A stretch of DNA of 64,000 nt from Catajapyx aquilonaris (Eukaryota): NCBI GenBank assembly GCA_000934665.2, contig JYFJ02001120.1:1-64000 (forward strand), given 5' to 3'. Within the stretch, counting starts at the first letter, position 1, and each line of letters opens with the position of its first letter. The notes beneath the pieces are model-generated. The model made no database searches, was not told where the DNA came from, and saw only the letters and a list, made by a program, of their open reading frames with translations. This document shows positions 37,501-53,421 of the stretch, in pieces. Made by a program: the position numbers and the translations under genes.

Positions 37501-40500
37501 AAACTAGAAATCTCTGGCATAAAATCCCTCCAAATGCTATTACATAAATAGTGTATTTCTTCCATAATGGCCTCACTGGATACGTCCTAATTAGGAGCTG
37601 CGGCTAATGCGGAGTCAGGTAAAAATGTTTTCCCCAGCAGCCATTATTTCTTATCCAGCTGTGACTAGCAGCTTTTTACACCACTTCGAGTCATTACTCT
37701 CAGCTTAAACAAGCCTCTCTCCCTTCCAGTTAAAATATTCACAATTAAACGGATAGCTTCAGAATAACATATCCCACACCAAATGGCTTTTAACTTGGTA
37801 ATGTACCGCTACCTAGAAAAGTCGCTAATAATACCTGCAAACGCTATCAAGCCCAATTATCCATTGCTATTTCTAAGTAACCACATCCGGAAGTTCTAAT
37901 GCAGCTTCAGAAATAGCACTTAGCAAGAGGCCGGAAAAACAATATTCAGACACGCCCTGCGCGTACAATGAGGCGTTAAAGCACAGAAACTCACCATATG
38001 CTGCTACTTAAAACAATCGCTGCCGAGCAAAAAGCTATTAATCCCCAGAAATTAATCGCCGATCACGTCAATTTTACAGCCTCTAACTCTTTGACCCCCC
38101 CTCTCAAACACCAATAATGGCTATTTCCAGCCAAGACAAACCACCGCCCTTCAACTGCAGCCTATTTACTCGTAATTCAATTCGAACCAGATCCAATAAC
38201 AGCCGAGCACTTTCACGCATCGCAAAACCTGGGAGACAATGCACAATAGCACGTTTTCACACACCCCCATGCAAAACACTTGGCCCAATCAAATTTCGCA
38301 ATGAGACATTCACAAAATAGCCAGATCCACTCCATACTGTAACAAACCATTACGTATTCATCACTATAGCATTTCCCGACTCGGAAAAAGAGCAAACAAT
38401 GTAAAATTCATAGGGGCGGCGTCGACAAGCACTTTTTTTTTTCTCCTTCCTTGGCGCGGTGTCGTGCCGATAAGAAAGAGTTCCGCTCATTCCGGAAGAC
38501 AGATAAGCAGAAAGGCACGACAGTCCAGGTACCATTCGGCTCGGATGTTTCTCCATAGCCAGCAATATATACTATTTTTCAATAGCCCGGCGGCGCCAAT
38601 ATGCTGCCGGGCAATTCCGTGACGGATCGACCACAAATGATCCCAAATAACACCCTATATTTCCATAATGCGCACAAAAAATTGGCACGTAACCTTGAGA
38701 GTGGTATGTATATATAGCAAAACTGCACTGGATAGACAGTAGGTCAAGTTCAGTGGTGCGGACAAAAATCACACGCTGAAATAAATAAACGGAAGAGGTC
38801 GGAGGTTATAAACTTTCGACCTTCACATATTAATGGCCATGAAATTTTCCCGCGTCATTATAGGGCATATTGTGCATTACTTGAGTAAATATTCACCGAC
38901 ATATCCACCAGGTACGTTATTTGGCGTCATAATTTCGTCATTATGCACGACCTCCTGGCCTTTCATATTACATCACAATTTTATTTTTAACATACAAAAA
39001 GTTATGTTCTGTCATAGAATCGTCATATCTTCCGTACAAAAAGGGCTGAACTTGGAGAGAAAAAAAACTTGCACAAGCTACGACTCGGCATATTTCAAGG
39101 CAAATGTAATATGAGGAAAGACGCGCGCTTACATGAAAACAGCGAAAAAGGCAATTTGAATCCCCCGTTTCTTGTTCACCTCTTGAATTGCGAAAAACTG
39201 GCTCCACCATCGATTGCATTCACCACTTTAATCATTCCACAAAAAAACGACGCAATTTACATCACAACAACGCCAGCTTCGATACGAGCCCATTTCAATC
39301 ATTGAAAAAAATACTAACCAAAACGGCGCAGTTTTTGACACCACTCAAGCATCACTTATGGCCTTGCTATCTACGCAACATGTCCCTTGATACAATTACA
39401 TAATTCGCTCATCTTTTGCCCCTACTACGAAGCACAGCTTCACTATATGGCGTGCACATGTTAGTTCTAATGGGCATACCCCCCACCCTACCTTATACAC
39501 ACCACACCACACACGGCATGTACAAATGACGCAACCAAAACATACGAGGCAAGTCGCCTGCCCTTAAACCCAGACCTTGAAACACATACACAGGCACGGC
39601 CGTGATAATGTGCAGGGACACCACGTTTTTGTGTCTTGACTGCAAAACCTCAGCGGATATAGCTAAAAGAGCAGGGGTTAGATGTGCAAAATCCCATTTA
39701 CATCGCATTAGCCTCGAGAAACCCACTCTGGTGTAGTTCATTACGGCAGCTGATGATGCGGTCTGCACTTCCACCCCCGACACTGGCGGATTTTTATGCA
39801 AAAAAAAAAAAAACATCAGTTTGCACTGGATAGCGGCCAATTCCGGTCGATTCGGAATCGTCATTTCCAGCCCGATTTTTGGACCGGTTACGATTCATTA
39901 AATACCGGAATCGATCTGGACCCTGCCGTAAATTGTCCGGAAAGTGCCAGGAAAATATGGATCTTAAAACCAGCCCCGGTATTAGTCAGCCCGTAAAGCA
40001 AGTTAAACGTGCCGCATCCACTTTCAGCAAACAACAACACCAAGGTCTGAGGCCAGTGCAATAAACCTCCTCCCAATTCCTTTCACTGCTCATGTGAAGC
40101 CACGGACCCGGCGCATTCGGGAGTGAATAGCAAGGCTCGACCTGCATACAAGCAGGAGATCAAGAGGCGTCGATGTGCCTTACATAATTCAAAGCAAGAC
40201 GTGTCTGTGCATCAAGGTGAAGCTATACAAGACTGCACCGAACTGCCCATGTCCAGGAAAACCATTTGTGGCATTGCTACAAGTACGTGCGATATTTCGA
40301 TTTTGGACATATCGTGCACGAATGCAGATTGCTTTCGCACCAAATAAGCCCCTACACTATATGGTCAAAATATAGGGTAATTTCATGGGCGTCATCCTAC
40401 TCGACCCGTTGATCAATAGGACTATGGTATAGCTAATTAGACTGGAGGGGAGGCACGCATGAATACGTGCGTTGGTTACGACTACAGTCACGAGGGGAAG

Positions 40501-43500
40501 TGGAAACATCCTATCAGGCCTATTGTTTCCTATCTTCTGACATTGGCATTACGAGTTGATCAAAAGCGGAATTTGTGCCCCAATAAATCGGCTTTGTCTC
40601 GCACACTTCACAAAGTCGATGCCGTCGCCTCAGCTAATTGGAAGACGCTGAGGTGATACCGTCAATAACCGGATGTTGCCATGCTGCTTACATACCTTTA
40701 ATCTAGATTTCAACCCTGTCGAAACGGACACGGCCTGTGAGCCCCAACGCATGCGTGCCGCCCAGACAGGTCCATTCACTCCCACCATACTATGCATGAT
40801 ATTGACCAAAAATTTAATTCACTCCTTCACCTGCCACCTGAATGAAGCCCCTCCCCGTAATTACAACCTGCCACGACCTCCAACTCATTTCCCCAAACTC
40901 CAGTAACCTCCACGAGAATGGTGGAGGGGGGGAAAAAATGAATCTCTCCCTATATGATCGATCCATTGGCACACAATCTGCGCTATAATACCCCCGTTTC
41001 GGCCAGCTAACTGCAAAATTGTACCACTGCGGAATGGGCCATTTAGTGCTGGGAGCCTATCGTTTCCCGAAGACTATGACCTTTAGGAAAATAGGCCCGG
41101 GAGCGGACCCGCGGCCACAGGCTTTGATTCCAGGCAGGTGCCGCTGCATGAAAGCCGCATTGCGCATTCATGAGGGAAACAACCCTGCATGCAACTTCTA
41201 GCCGTGCAAATGTACCTGATGCACATTCATCACGCAGCCGATACCCGGGGGAAAAAAAATTAACTATGAAATTCCTGAAAGGCAGCCTTGAGTGGGGAGG
41301 CCTACTATTAGGTAACTTGTGTGACAAACTGGCAAGTTAGGGAATATCTCCAATTATGTACAGGTATTCGCAATATCAATTTATGGAACCAGGAAAAATA
41401 CCAGGTCTGACTATACATACCTGGATGGTAACAATTTTTTTAGCAGACAGCAAAAGGAAATTAGCCAATTACTAGTCGAATGCTGGCTGATGTCATTTGG
41501 AACGCAAACTTCATAGGCTAATGCAAATAATATAATATTGCTCCCTTGACAAATGTTGTTTTCACGGTTTGAAAGGAGGTGAAAGGGTCGCAGTTATTTG
41601 CAATTCTGCATGTTTTTTTTCTGGTGGCTCGACTGGCCAATTTCACCACATAAAACGGACCGGTGTTCGTTGAGAGATAAAAGCATAAATTATACGATTA
41701 ACGTAAATCAATTACCCTTGTCAGCATGGCATTTTGTGGCCGAATTAATTAGGCCCAAAAAAGTCACCGCATTAATCGATCAACTCAGCACATTTGCTAA
41801 TTATTTCTAATACCGGATACTGCATAGCACCACGCTTCGTACATGTTAACCTGCTCTTTATCACTTGGCAAGAACCCCAGACTGCTGATTTCTCCATTGG
41901 TGCCAACTTCTTCCTTACAACTGCCCTCATGCTGTTGTTCATTGGCTCATGGCTCTTGTGCTCATTGGCTCACAGCCGGCCTGGCCGGCCTTTGGGTCAA
42001 TGATGGCACAGTATGACGTCAGTTCCTACGTGCAAAGGTGCCCGGCGAATAGAAACATTTCACTGGTATAAGTAGTGTAACAAATTATTCGTTTATTACA
42101 AAATCGATGACAGAAAAAGGCCCTTAAAGTCGGAACATCAAAGAGTATCAACTTCGTCGACACGTGCACCTACATCGGAAATACTGTAAAGCGTACTCTG
42201 GCTAAAAAACTGACTTTAAAACTGGGTCCTCTATATAGTACTACGTACTGGAATTGCAAACCGTTCCCCACAAGCATTGCTAGGATTGGCAATAAATAAT
42301 ATTAATATCAAATGATCCGAAAAGCCGATAGTACAGTACACTATTTACATAACGACAGTAGACAAAACAACGAAGGCAACATGTTTTTCCTTTTCTCAGA
42401 GAGTACAGGGTCGTTGCCATAGCTTCTTTTGTTTGCGGAGGATTGAGACCGACATCCCCTAGCCGCACAAAAGGGACCTAAATTATTGTCAAAAATGTGG
42501 CTTGGGAGGTCTAGGTCCTCCTTTACAAAACTGAAAATAGGCAGCTTGGAGCATGCTTGAAAACCCCCTTTAGAGAGAACATGCTGCAGAGCCCAGAGTC
42601 ATTTCCATTCCATATTATTACTATAGATCCAACAGCCTCCAGTCGAAAACAGCATAATCATACATTATGCAAACCCTAATTTTAAACGGATTTCGATCCA
42701 CCTCTTTAGTAATGTAACAGTTCGTCCAGCGTAAATCTGCAACGGCTTATCCTACCTCTGCAGAGCCACCCGCAATCCTTTCAGCCTAACAGTGCTGCCT
42801 ATCTTTCAGGATAAAATCGACCAAGAATTTGAACTATACTGTCACCGTACAGTACCATACTATCTGTTGGTCTACAAATCCCAAAAAATCGACTCATATT
42901 CCCATAAAAACACGACCCCATAAGTTACAAACCCATGTCGACACGCATTTCCACCACCGTTCCGCTTCTTCGTCGCCCATTCATCAAACCCCGTCTCCAA
43001 ACAAGAACGCCCCCNCCCCCCCCCTTAAAAAAAAATCCGTCCCATTACACAACAAGTGGTCGCACAAGCCATACCAATCGGACCCCCCCTGTTTCCTCCA
43101 ATAAACATCCTAGTCCACTCAGTGACGCAGACCAGAAGCTGACCCCGTGGCCTTGCCAGACACTTTTGCGGATTTCAACTTAGCCTGTAAACAACCCTCG
43201 GCACATGTGGCCAGCCTTTTTTTAACGCCACGCACGTCGTTCCTCGGTGCAAGCGTCCTTAGCGACCCCTTACAAGTGAACTGCGTTGTACCACATTCGT
43301 TTCCTGATTTATTAAGCGGATCGTCATCGTGGTCCCTACTAAACCGTGGGAGTATATATACGGAGTGAAAATTGCCAACATATACCCTTCTTGAATTTTA
43401 CATAGAAAAATACCAACCGGAATTCCGGTCTAGTACGAACCACCGTATGTTTCTACTCTTATTCAATAACCCCGATCGTCGAGTCAGAAAACAGACTTTT

Positions 43501-46500
43501 ACACCCAGAGAATTTTCCAGCGTCAAGTGATGCATTGGTCCAGTGTAGCGTCTGCCAGCTCTCCTTTTCAGAAGACGTATCGGCCATTAGCGTTTCCTCT
43601 CACACCCGAGGCAGCTTGAAGTGAACAATGCATCTCTCAGAGGTGCACCTGACTTCTTTTTCCGCTCTCGTTTTCGCACGGAAGCCAAACAGGCTGGAAA
43701 AATTTCGTGCGGACTGTGCTAAGAAAACTCCAGTGAAAATTAAACGCCGGCCTATTGTTTAGCATCACGCCCAAGTGCCCACTAGACTGATGTACTGAAC
43801 ATGCCAATGCATTAGAGGGCTTTAAAAAAAAAAGAGGTATATGAATTCAAGTGGACGGGGGCTTACGTATACGTCACGCTGCAGCCGATTTGCATTGTTG
43901 ATCACCGCCCAGACACATTGGGAATGACAGCTCAATTCGACAAATGGTTTCGGCAGGGGAGCCATAAAAAAAAATAGCCGCAGTGGCACGTGCTACAAAA
44001 AAGTATCGGATTGCGGAAAACACCCAGCAGACCTGGCAGTTTCCGAAATAAAATAAATGGACGTCTTGTCCGGTGTGAACATAGTCTTTAAAACGGCAGA
44101 CAGTATTGGAACCGAAGGCCAGACCTTCGAACAATGTGATCAGACTGATTGGATGAAAGCTCTCGGCACTAGACCTCTGCAAAAAAAAAAATGCTCGTCA
44201 AGTACCCATAAAACAATGATCGCCGAGACGGTGAAGGATGGCAGCAGATAGTTATTCCCTCCAAATTACAAACCATGAATCTTATGATATCAAGATTCGC
44301 CTGGCTACACGATATAACGAGACCCCTGCAATATCGACCAAATGTGACGTCAGTGGCTACACGTGGCTGGCTAATTGCTTATTCTGAAACTCGGAGCAAC
44401 AATAATATTAACAGGTCTTCCGTTGCATCGATTACGCCATACAAGGTGCCCCAATACGTCACGATATTGTCATGGAAGCGACAGTAATGGTTCACTTTAT
44501 GCCACGGAATATCAAATCAGAACAACTGATTTTCCCGGCTCCAAAACGTCCGCCAAATTAACTTTCAGTGCTCTTCTTCCCCGGCAGTTTCATTCAATTT
44601 TTACCCCCTCCGCCTCATAAAAAAAAACTTTTGCCAAACTTCTTAAGTCGCAACTCTGCAGGAAATTGAAGAGGGACGTCCAAGGATCCAAGGATCCCAA
44701 TAAAATGAAGTTTGTCTGGCGAAAAACGACGTGGCTCTGTATACAGAATTATATGTCGTCGCAAAGAAACTTCCACGCCCTTGATTTGATCTGACATTTC
44801 AAGAATTGAGCCCTAAGTGTTGAGCGGAAGAATGCCCTGCATTTTTAAATACCCTACCATTGGTTATTGTCATGCACTATATACAAACGTGCTCCGAATG
44901 CTTATGCTCTACCCACAATGGAAACGACCTTTTGCAAGTTCACACAACCTACGTGCTAATCCATTACTGCGCTGGTCACATGTTTGCAACCGTTTAGGTT
45001 AATAACACAAACACGGCTCTAAATCGATACAAACAAACTGCGTCAAGTCCTCCCTAAAACCTAAAACCTGCCAACTTCCCTAGAAACCGGATTAAATTTG
45101 GCATCGGTCACAGGTGCAAAAATTTGTAGCTGCACTGCAGTCTACTGCGGGTATTCTGCAGGGCCATTTATCAGGCTAACTCACCCTGCAGTAACACCGG
45201 GCTTTCTAGATGTTCAGAATCGGCTCGGTTCGCAAAAATATTAGCACATAAAGCGTGGGTTTAGCATACTGCGAGCCTTATGGCAATATGTGGGCTGTAT
45301 GCGTATATTCAGAGCTTGAGACAGCGGCTGAGAAAAGGAACGAGTTAATATCCGGTAATTTATATAGTTGTGTCCCGGATTAAGTAAGTTGGACAGAGTC
45401 CAAAATTCCGCAAGTCGCATTCCTTTTCGGTGGAAGCAAACTTTGTTCTAGATGGGTCATACTGCAGGCTTAATTTCAACTAACTTTCTGTAACTAGCGT
45501 TATCTGCACAGTTTTTTTTAAAAAAAAGTCCTTGATATAGAGGGGAGTTCTGCAAACTCGATTATCTTCTCCAAAAAAAAATTGAGTAACGACTTGATAA
45601 AAAAAGAGCGCTTTTTGCAGTTCAATTTGCACATCTTACCCACTCGATTAAGGGACCCCGGTCACGATTTCAGAACGTGCAAACTGTGCAAAAAGCGCTT
45701 ATTTCATTACCATTCATACATAATGCTCGGCTAATTCGACCCTGTTGCATGAACTCAAATTAAATTCAGGCATTTACATGACAGAACCATATAAATTGTT
45801 TTATATTAATTTTATTTGATTGAACCGACTCTAACTCAATACTCGTTCGTGTATTTAGGGCCTGTTGCATGAACGCAAATTATGCTGGCAGTGGCAGTAT
45901 ATGTACTCGAATATTTTCTAATTTGAGTTGACACAACCAGACCTCACAATTGCTACAACTAGAGCACAGTATTGACATTACGATAGCAGCAGTGACTGTC
46001 AATAATGCAAACTACAGCAGGGTGACCCAAAAGTCTGGACACATATAGCTATGTCGCCATATTTTTGGGTCACCCTGCATGAAAGTGACAACGAATCAAT
46101 GCAAACATGCACACATTTTTATTTTTATTTTATTTTCATGTTTTATATTTATGCCTATAATCTTGCATGTGCAAAATGACTGGTTATGAGGCCAATTTTA
46201 TCGTTCGCGTTTTCGTTATTTTCCGCTCCATTAATCACGCCGCCACGCCAGGCGCCACAATCACTGCTTTTTAAAAAACAAGTGTCCAAAGGCCAATCCA
46301 GAAGAGGCTGTTATGACCCAGTCTAGATTTTCCAGCAGCCTCACCAACACTGCCCCGCCAACCAACCCTATATACCCCTCTCACCCAAATCGATAAAGGC
46401 AATAGCACGCCTCAAAGGCCTGGGAGGATGTGCTATGGCGAGACCTCCGCCAGAACAAAGGTTCAATGACTGATAAAAGGCTCCCAAATACTGCGGTTCT

Positions 46501-49500
46501 CCTCAAAAAGCTAGTTCTCCCTGCGACTTTGATCGCTGTTTGACTCCCGTGTTTGTGTGGGTGAGGGCGGGAGAGTGCTTGGATGCGAGACAACCGGTTG
46601 TCTCCCTAATACTGCTGGAAATTTGTGCCTCCAACCGCATCGATCAAGTGCTGGAGTCGTCGGAGTTTCAACCCCTACCACCCCCTCCAGTTTCCTATCG
46701 CTTTTCCCACCGAAATTTATTTTTTGAAAAAGAAAAAAAAAAAAAAAAAATCTGGGAGAGTTGGGCAGGATCAGAAGTTTCATTCCCGATTATTACCAGG
46801 TAATGAAGTATGCCGGAGAGGAGTCTGGAACTGGAGATTACACAGCCTGCAGCATTGTTCCCATTTGCAGCCGGCGAATATGGTTGCTGGGATCGCGAAT
46901 TCTGGCAGTTTCCGCCATCAGCAGTGGAATACGTGATTTTGTCTTCCTAAGTAGCTTCCCTGTATAACTGACGCACTCTGCATATTAGCATGATCATGAA
47001 TGAGCCGATGACAGTCATAGGCAGAATTTGGTCCTTATTAGCCTTAGAGTAGAATATCTGATTGATTTTTTAAAACAATAATAAAATCGGAAGAAATTTG
47101 TCCCACACAGAAACTTTCCTGCATTACGGCAATTTGTATTGATGCCACCTTAAGAAAGCCATGGAGCATCCGCAAATTTGAACAATAAATCAGCCGAATA
47201 AATGGCGTGATGAAAACAGCCGGCACTCGCACGCATCGATGCAATTTTTTTCCACGACTCATGCGAGCATAACATTACATATATACTGCAGTCTATCATG
47301 CAAAGCAAGATTTAGCACCACCGGCTGCTATCGACTTTTTTTTCGCATGAAAACCACATCCAGTCGGGGGTCCCGAACTGCCTGAAAAAAACTGCATTAA
47401 AAAAACACCTTTCCCCAAGGACACTAAACCTACTTCGGATCTGGGTATATATATAAAAAAAGAGGCCAAGTGTTATGCAAATTCCAGATCTGAATTATCA
47501 TTCAAAACACTATATTGTCAGTTCGCAAAAAGGGACTGGGCTCTGGAATAAATCTAGCTTTTGTAATGGTCGGAGTGAATCTATGCCCAAATCGCCTCTA
47601 GACGCATTCAATAACACCCGAGCGGAAATTACTACGGACCCAGCTTCCAAAAGCTAGGTCACATCTATATACGGTTTTGGTTCCGCCAAAATCTGAATTG
47701 CCTTGCTAACTAGCAAGTCCAAAATAAAGGGCCTGAATCGAGCAGTTGGCCAATTTGCACCAGCCAACTGTGCAGATACATGCGCAAATGAACAGGCACG
47801 TCCGTTGTTTATTTTCGAACACAACTTCCCGGATTATACCCGTTGGATACACTCACGCATGGCGAACCTTTAGTTAGCAAGTTTGTGTATAACGAGATAC
47901 AGGACTTGTCGGATCACTCCCCGGGTGATGAATCACATGTTCATGCTAATGTAATGACTAGTCCGGTGACACGTATGTGACAGGAAACCCTGACGTGTGT
48001 GACAGATCCTGTCAATAGTAATTTCAGATCGGGGCTCAGGAAAAGCTGTGACACTTAGGACACGCGACAAACTTGTATAAGGAAAATTTGTGTAAACATT
48101 CTACAATCTACAGTATATAGCCTACCTTCGGGATAGAAGTGAAATTCACTAACAAGTTAGTCCTAGAACAAACCAGTTCCGAGATAATCAAATGCACATA
48201 TCTGACCTTGCACTAACATACGAATGAGGAGAAAATCCTGGCTTGCTGGCTCATTATGAATCTTTATGCCTAAATGGACTCACCAGACGATGCAGCCTTT
48301 AAAAAACTAATTAGCTTAAACTCAAAACCGCCAAAATTATGTAGATTTCTCCTGCCTACGAAATGGTCAAATAATTAACATACTTGGCGCAAGAATGCTG
48401 TATACGTTGCGATAAATGAGCACGTCAAAACAATGCCAGACACCTCTTACGTAATCAGAGCCGACAGCATCAGTTAACGTCAATGTCAATTAGGGAATTA
48501 GCATTTCAACAATGTATGCGCATTGTCACACCTGATCTTGGACGCGTACCTGATTATCTTACAAACCGTCAAAATCGACTCACTCGCTCCGTCGAAAACG
48601 TCACCTATAAATACACTGCATGACGCCTAGCAGGTGCTAGAGCTTCATTTAATGAGAAATGTCAACACCAATCTGCACTTGCCACCATCAGCTGATACCC
48701 TCTATATCAGCTGGCTCAGCCCAGCTATACCCCATTTTCGCAAGACATGCAATTACGTATATATACGGTTCCTTCTTTTTTGGTTCAATCTGCTTCGTTT
48801 CACTGCAGTTGGCCCCTAAAAACAGACTCAAGGTTCCGGGAATCCGTCCAACGTATCTTCCGTCACGAGCTATTCTCATGGGTCCCCTTGTTGTAAGAAG
48901 CCTTTTGTAATCTATCTCTGGACACAACTTTGCCGAGTAACCACACAGACCCGATTGGAAACTGATTGCCCAGAGTGGTAGAAAACTCGTCGCAAATCCA
49001 GTTTCCCCGAATCGGTACGAATACGATGACAGGAGGTCGTTACAGTATGATCGAGATAAAGAACCCCTAGGGAGGGGACTGCTGGCCACACTCCATGGAT
49101 TTGGTATCCCCCAAGATTGATGACCAGCGTTCTTACTAAATGAGGAACATTTGTCAGTACGACCCATGACCTTGGGCATGTCCTGTTCAGTGTGCAGGTA
49201 CCGCACATCTTTGGGAACATCAATCAAGATGACCTGTCAACATGCATTGATTAGATCTGGAGCTTATCAGCTCCCACTGCTGTCACACATGATCAGCTTT
49301 GTCCCCAGAAGCCAATTCCATAAATCGTGGTCAATCGTCCAGCTGGCCTTAAATCGTTCCCTTGTCGGCACGCAACCACGCCAAAATCGTTCCTTTATAC
49401 AAACAAGCTGCTCACACAATATCGCGTCTTCATAACACGTTCCGATCGACCGCTCCATATTGGACCTGATAGCATTATCAATATTACACCCATCGATCCG

Positions 49501-52500
49501 AAATGGGGATTGCCAGGAGCCAAATCCCCAACTATCAGACGTGGGCGAATCAGCCACATCGATTACATGTCCTTTCAAAAAAAAAAAAACTTTTTTTTAA
49601 AAGTGGCAGGGTACCGCCATAAAAACTTTCACCCAAAACTTTTTGAACTGAGATAATTAGTTAATTAATTTCTGAAAATCCGGATTGAGAGAGCCCCGGA
49701 TTTTCTCCATCCATCCGTATAGGAGTCAATGCGATTAATCCACCTTCTGCAAGTGACGACAACGAAGTGTTAAAAACGTTGTATCCCATAACGAGCCCCT
49801 GCAGCAGACTCAATTTGCACTTGGAAGCTCGCAAATTTTCCCATCCCAAAATTAAGCAACTAGATGAGCCGCATGCTAAACCATAACTAATTTCGGTTAT
49901 CAATCATTTGCATTTTTAGCCGAGTTTTTAGCAATTAGCTATTCAATATTCCTGACCCCACCCCCCATAAAAACTAGACTGATTACAGGGCATTTGTTGT
50001 AAAATGAGTCCTTCAGTTATTATGGTCCTAGCCCGAAGCAGATTCACTGCATTATGTGACAATGACACACGTGGTCTATTCAATGACCCTGCTGCAAACA
50101 AGCTTCGGATAATCGGATAAAGCTTCCTCGAGCAGATATCAAGGTCACATTTATTGCAATTAAAATGATCAACCATCTAAAAATAGCATTGTTATGGGAA
50201 AGTGAATCATCTGGTGTCCTTTTATTAGCACTTCATTATTGATTCATTTCTGATATTAGCTAGCAGTAAGTCAGCTGTCAATTACATGGCCTTTTCTTCA
50301 TATATTCTTCTAATGAAAATGAACCATGTTGCTTAGCCATCCGGAAGGTGTCAGTGGCTTTCATTCAAATTTCTTATCCATGCTGCCACACTTAGCTGAG
50401 AGATATGTGCAAAAAATAGCACACCTCAGAGAGCCTTGAAAAGCCACATTTCCCTCCGTTTGGCAAAATAACTGCAATGAGAATCTGCAGCAGGCCTGAT
50501 TTCCACAAACCACAACTTGTCCTTGTGAGGCATCGCATAAACATGAGCAGAAGATCCAGGTTAACATGCTCCACAATTATTCCCTGATGTCTATCACTTG
50601 ATATCCAGGGCACATTAGAGAGAACCTGATAAAATATTCCTTTGCATCAACTGCAGTGACCTGCAAGGGATTCGCTCAGTTCTCAAGTCTATTGCGGTTT
50701 CCGCTGTTACCAAACAGAAGTAACCAGATAAGTACTTGCAAGGTCAATCGAAAGAGCCTCAGGCATTTCAGCTATGGCAAGTGAGCAAAAACTGCTGTTT
50801 CACCCCAAAACAGTACTTCCCCGCTCTGCATAATATATCCACAGTTTATGCTCGATGTTATGACAGACCAACACTTTCTCCATTGGACAATAACAGTTTA
50901 CCTAATGCAAGGTAATGACAAGGGCTTCCTGTTTGGAATGAATGAACCACCAGCCCATCGAAACAGAATATGAATGTGCTGGCACACTTACTGCGTGTGA
51001 CAATGTACACTGTGAAAAGCTGAATTCCTGTGTGGAATATGTCAGCCACGCTACTGTGGCTTGGAAAAAGTGACAGCTTTTAAGCTCTGGGACAGCTCTG
51101 ATTGCAGCTACTCATTTAGGGCCTAACGCACATGTATCTAGACAGACCACCCAGAGAGTGAGGTCTTTACTGATCTTGGAAAATTGACAAATAGTGGGGA
51201 ACAATATTATAAATGTGTTCCTCATGGAGTACGGCAGGGACCTGGCTTGATAATGGTGCCATCAAAGCTTACATCCAAAAAAGTCTCATTATAATGATGG
51301 CGTAGTACACTCTGCTAATGAGGTGAGCATCCAAGCATGCAACTTACACCGCCTATAGTGAACATAACATCCCGAGAGACATCACTACGCCTCTAGAAGT
51401 TTAGCAATTGCCTTAACTTGTACTTGAAAAGTCTTGGCTAATTTTCGATAATGAAAGTCTGCAACATGTGTAGGTGCTGCTGTCATACAGAAATGTGATA
51501 ATTTAACTTATCAATTTAATACTTAATTTAAATTATTGCATTGCTACAGAATTGGATGTAGGTCATCACATCCAATCATGGACACACTTTTCATATGAAA
51601 AGATACCTGCACATACACTGCTGGACATAGCAGCAATCCCTAAAAATTTTCCTACTTGAGCAGAGCAAACAAAGGTAGCCCCTCACACAGGAAAATCTTT
51701 AGGAACTTCTATTATGTCCAGCCGTGTACAAGTTTGTAATTGTACTTATGTACCTGGCTCAATTGTAAAATTAACTTCCTTTCACATGATCACATCAGCG
51801 GGCTTATGTAATAATGCCATAACAGTAGCAGAGGAGAGAGAGTTTTACTGTTTAAAAATGTATATCCTGTTGTCAACATAAATCCTTCAAATCCACATAG
51901 AGTCACATCCTCAGGAGCCCAGGATTGAACCCCTATGAGCCCCTATGGGCCGATGTTTACCGTGGCTAGTCAAAGCATCTGATCAGAACTTCAATCATTT
52001 GATAATGCTGCATAAAAGAACGCTCATGCTGATTATGAAGATTTGTGATGTGTTTTCCGCTCACAGGGTAATGTTTGTTATGCTTTACCATGCACATAGT
52101 GGTGCACCGTCGAAGTCAAAGAAGAAAGTTATGGAATAATTAATAAATGCTCACTCCAGTAACTAGTTTAAACGCGAAAACAACAATGTGAACTGCCTGC
52201 CGGGGCAAACAATCCATATCATCTCATGCTCCCTCAATGTGTCATTATGAGCTTGGGCAGTTTGACACCCTTCTTTGCCTGCTTAAGATTCATTATACAA
52301 AGTAACTTGTAATTTAATTATACACTGAAACCTGCTTGTAACCGAGTCACTCTGTTGCAAAATTTTCGACATCTGTTGTGCGCGCTATAAGATTGTAAAA
52401 TCAAGGTGCACTGAATATGGACTCGGGTAGTGATTCAAAAGTTTTGTGCTCTGGTGTACACTATTTTCTTTGGGTCACATATTAGTGACACTCATCACGG

Positions 52501-53421
52501 GGTGACATCATTATCTAACTGGTCTGTATGATTCAAACACACATGTTGAAGCCCTCATAATTGGGTATGCGACTGCGTAAATATCGTATGCAATACAGTA
52601 GAATTCCTATTATCCCGCTTCATCCATGAATATATTTTTGTCATCAAATACTGTAACATACACTACCAATTTGTTTCATATTGCCTTCATTAAATTTTTA
52701 ATACAGTAGAGTGCGAGTGTACGTATGCAAAAGATAAATACTTCACTATTTCTGAGAAAACCATAATATTGTACATTAATTCAAGTTATCTTCTCTTTTT
52801 ATTGTTGGGTTTCATTAAGGTTTTCTTTGCTCCTCGGATTATCCGACCTTTTTTGTGTTCCGGCCATGCCCCGGTCCCGTGGGTGACGGATAATCGGGGT
52901 TCTACTGTGTATGAGTTTGTCGCATATTCTTGTTCACCACTTTATACAAAAATGTCACAATGAGTGTGCATGCGAGGTCTTCTACACAGCACAGGCAACT
53001 GGACCTGGTCCATTAGTCACTTTCTAGGTACAGCATCCCTGACAAATGGACCATCTGATTACATGTCAATGGTTGAACTTGGCTGGAACCAAGCTGCCGA
53101 TTAAATTGACCGATGTTGACAGACTGCATCTCCAGATGCCGGGTCATTGTCCAAAGAGTGGACCAGGTCCAGTTTGCCCTGTACCATGTACATGACACCA
53201 CGGAGCAACCGGAACGTTTGACAGTTCCGTTGAGGCTAACCCTGCGTCCCCCGGACCAACACTGAAGAGGAGTCCAGTGAACTTACTGTGTGGTTGACAC
53301 CCCACATGAAGACGGAGAGCAGTGGCTCATTCGCCCTGAAGAGCTTCACCTTCTGGTGCTTGACCCGGATGTGCTTCTTCTTCATCTTGATCTGAATCGC
53401 ACTCATCGCGACTCTCTTCAT
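28590..53421 (-). CDS. PIP4K2: Phosphatidylinositol 5-phosphate 4-kinase type II, about 414 aa
   Basis: Exons 53421-53287 ([25 protein letters not shown]), 37433-37336, 33871-33761 ([12 protein letters not shown]), 33694-33556 ([19 protein letters not shown]), 32106-31807 ([14 protein letters not shown]), 31462-31189 (MDYSLLVG), 28777-28590 (IDVLTHY, type II activation loop [22 protein letters not shown]). GT-AG, phase-consistent, total 1245 nt. First intron is about 15.9 kb. Confidence 0.96.
30477..30623. mobile_element. MITE remnant (Harbinger-like end)
   Basis: 15-bp inverted repeat GTGAGCGATTTGACG (30477-30491) / CGTCAAATCGCTCAC (30595-30609), followed by tgtaaacgcacct-taa. Confidence 0.45.
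46018..46077. mobile_element. 60-bp Tc1-like mini-element
   Basis: CAGGGTGACCCAAAA ... TTTTGGGTCACCCTG perfect 15-bp inverted ends. Confidence 0.5.
52596..52907. mobile_element. Tc1/mariner (pogo/Tigger-type) MITE
   Basis: TA|CAGTAGAATTCCTATTATCC ... GGATAATCGGGGTTCTACTG|TG imperfect TIRs. A similar single end occurs near 23438 (cagtaaactctcgattatcc). Confidence 0.6.

Noticed and set aside
48688..49903. Cluster of 80-180 aa ORFs in PIP4K2 intron 1
   Set aside because: No recognisable domain, codon bias or splice chain.
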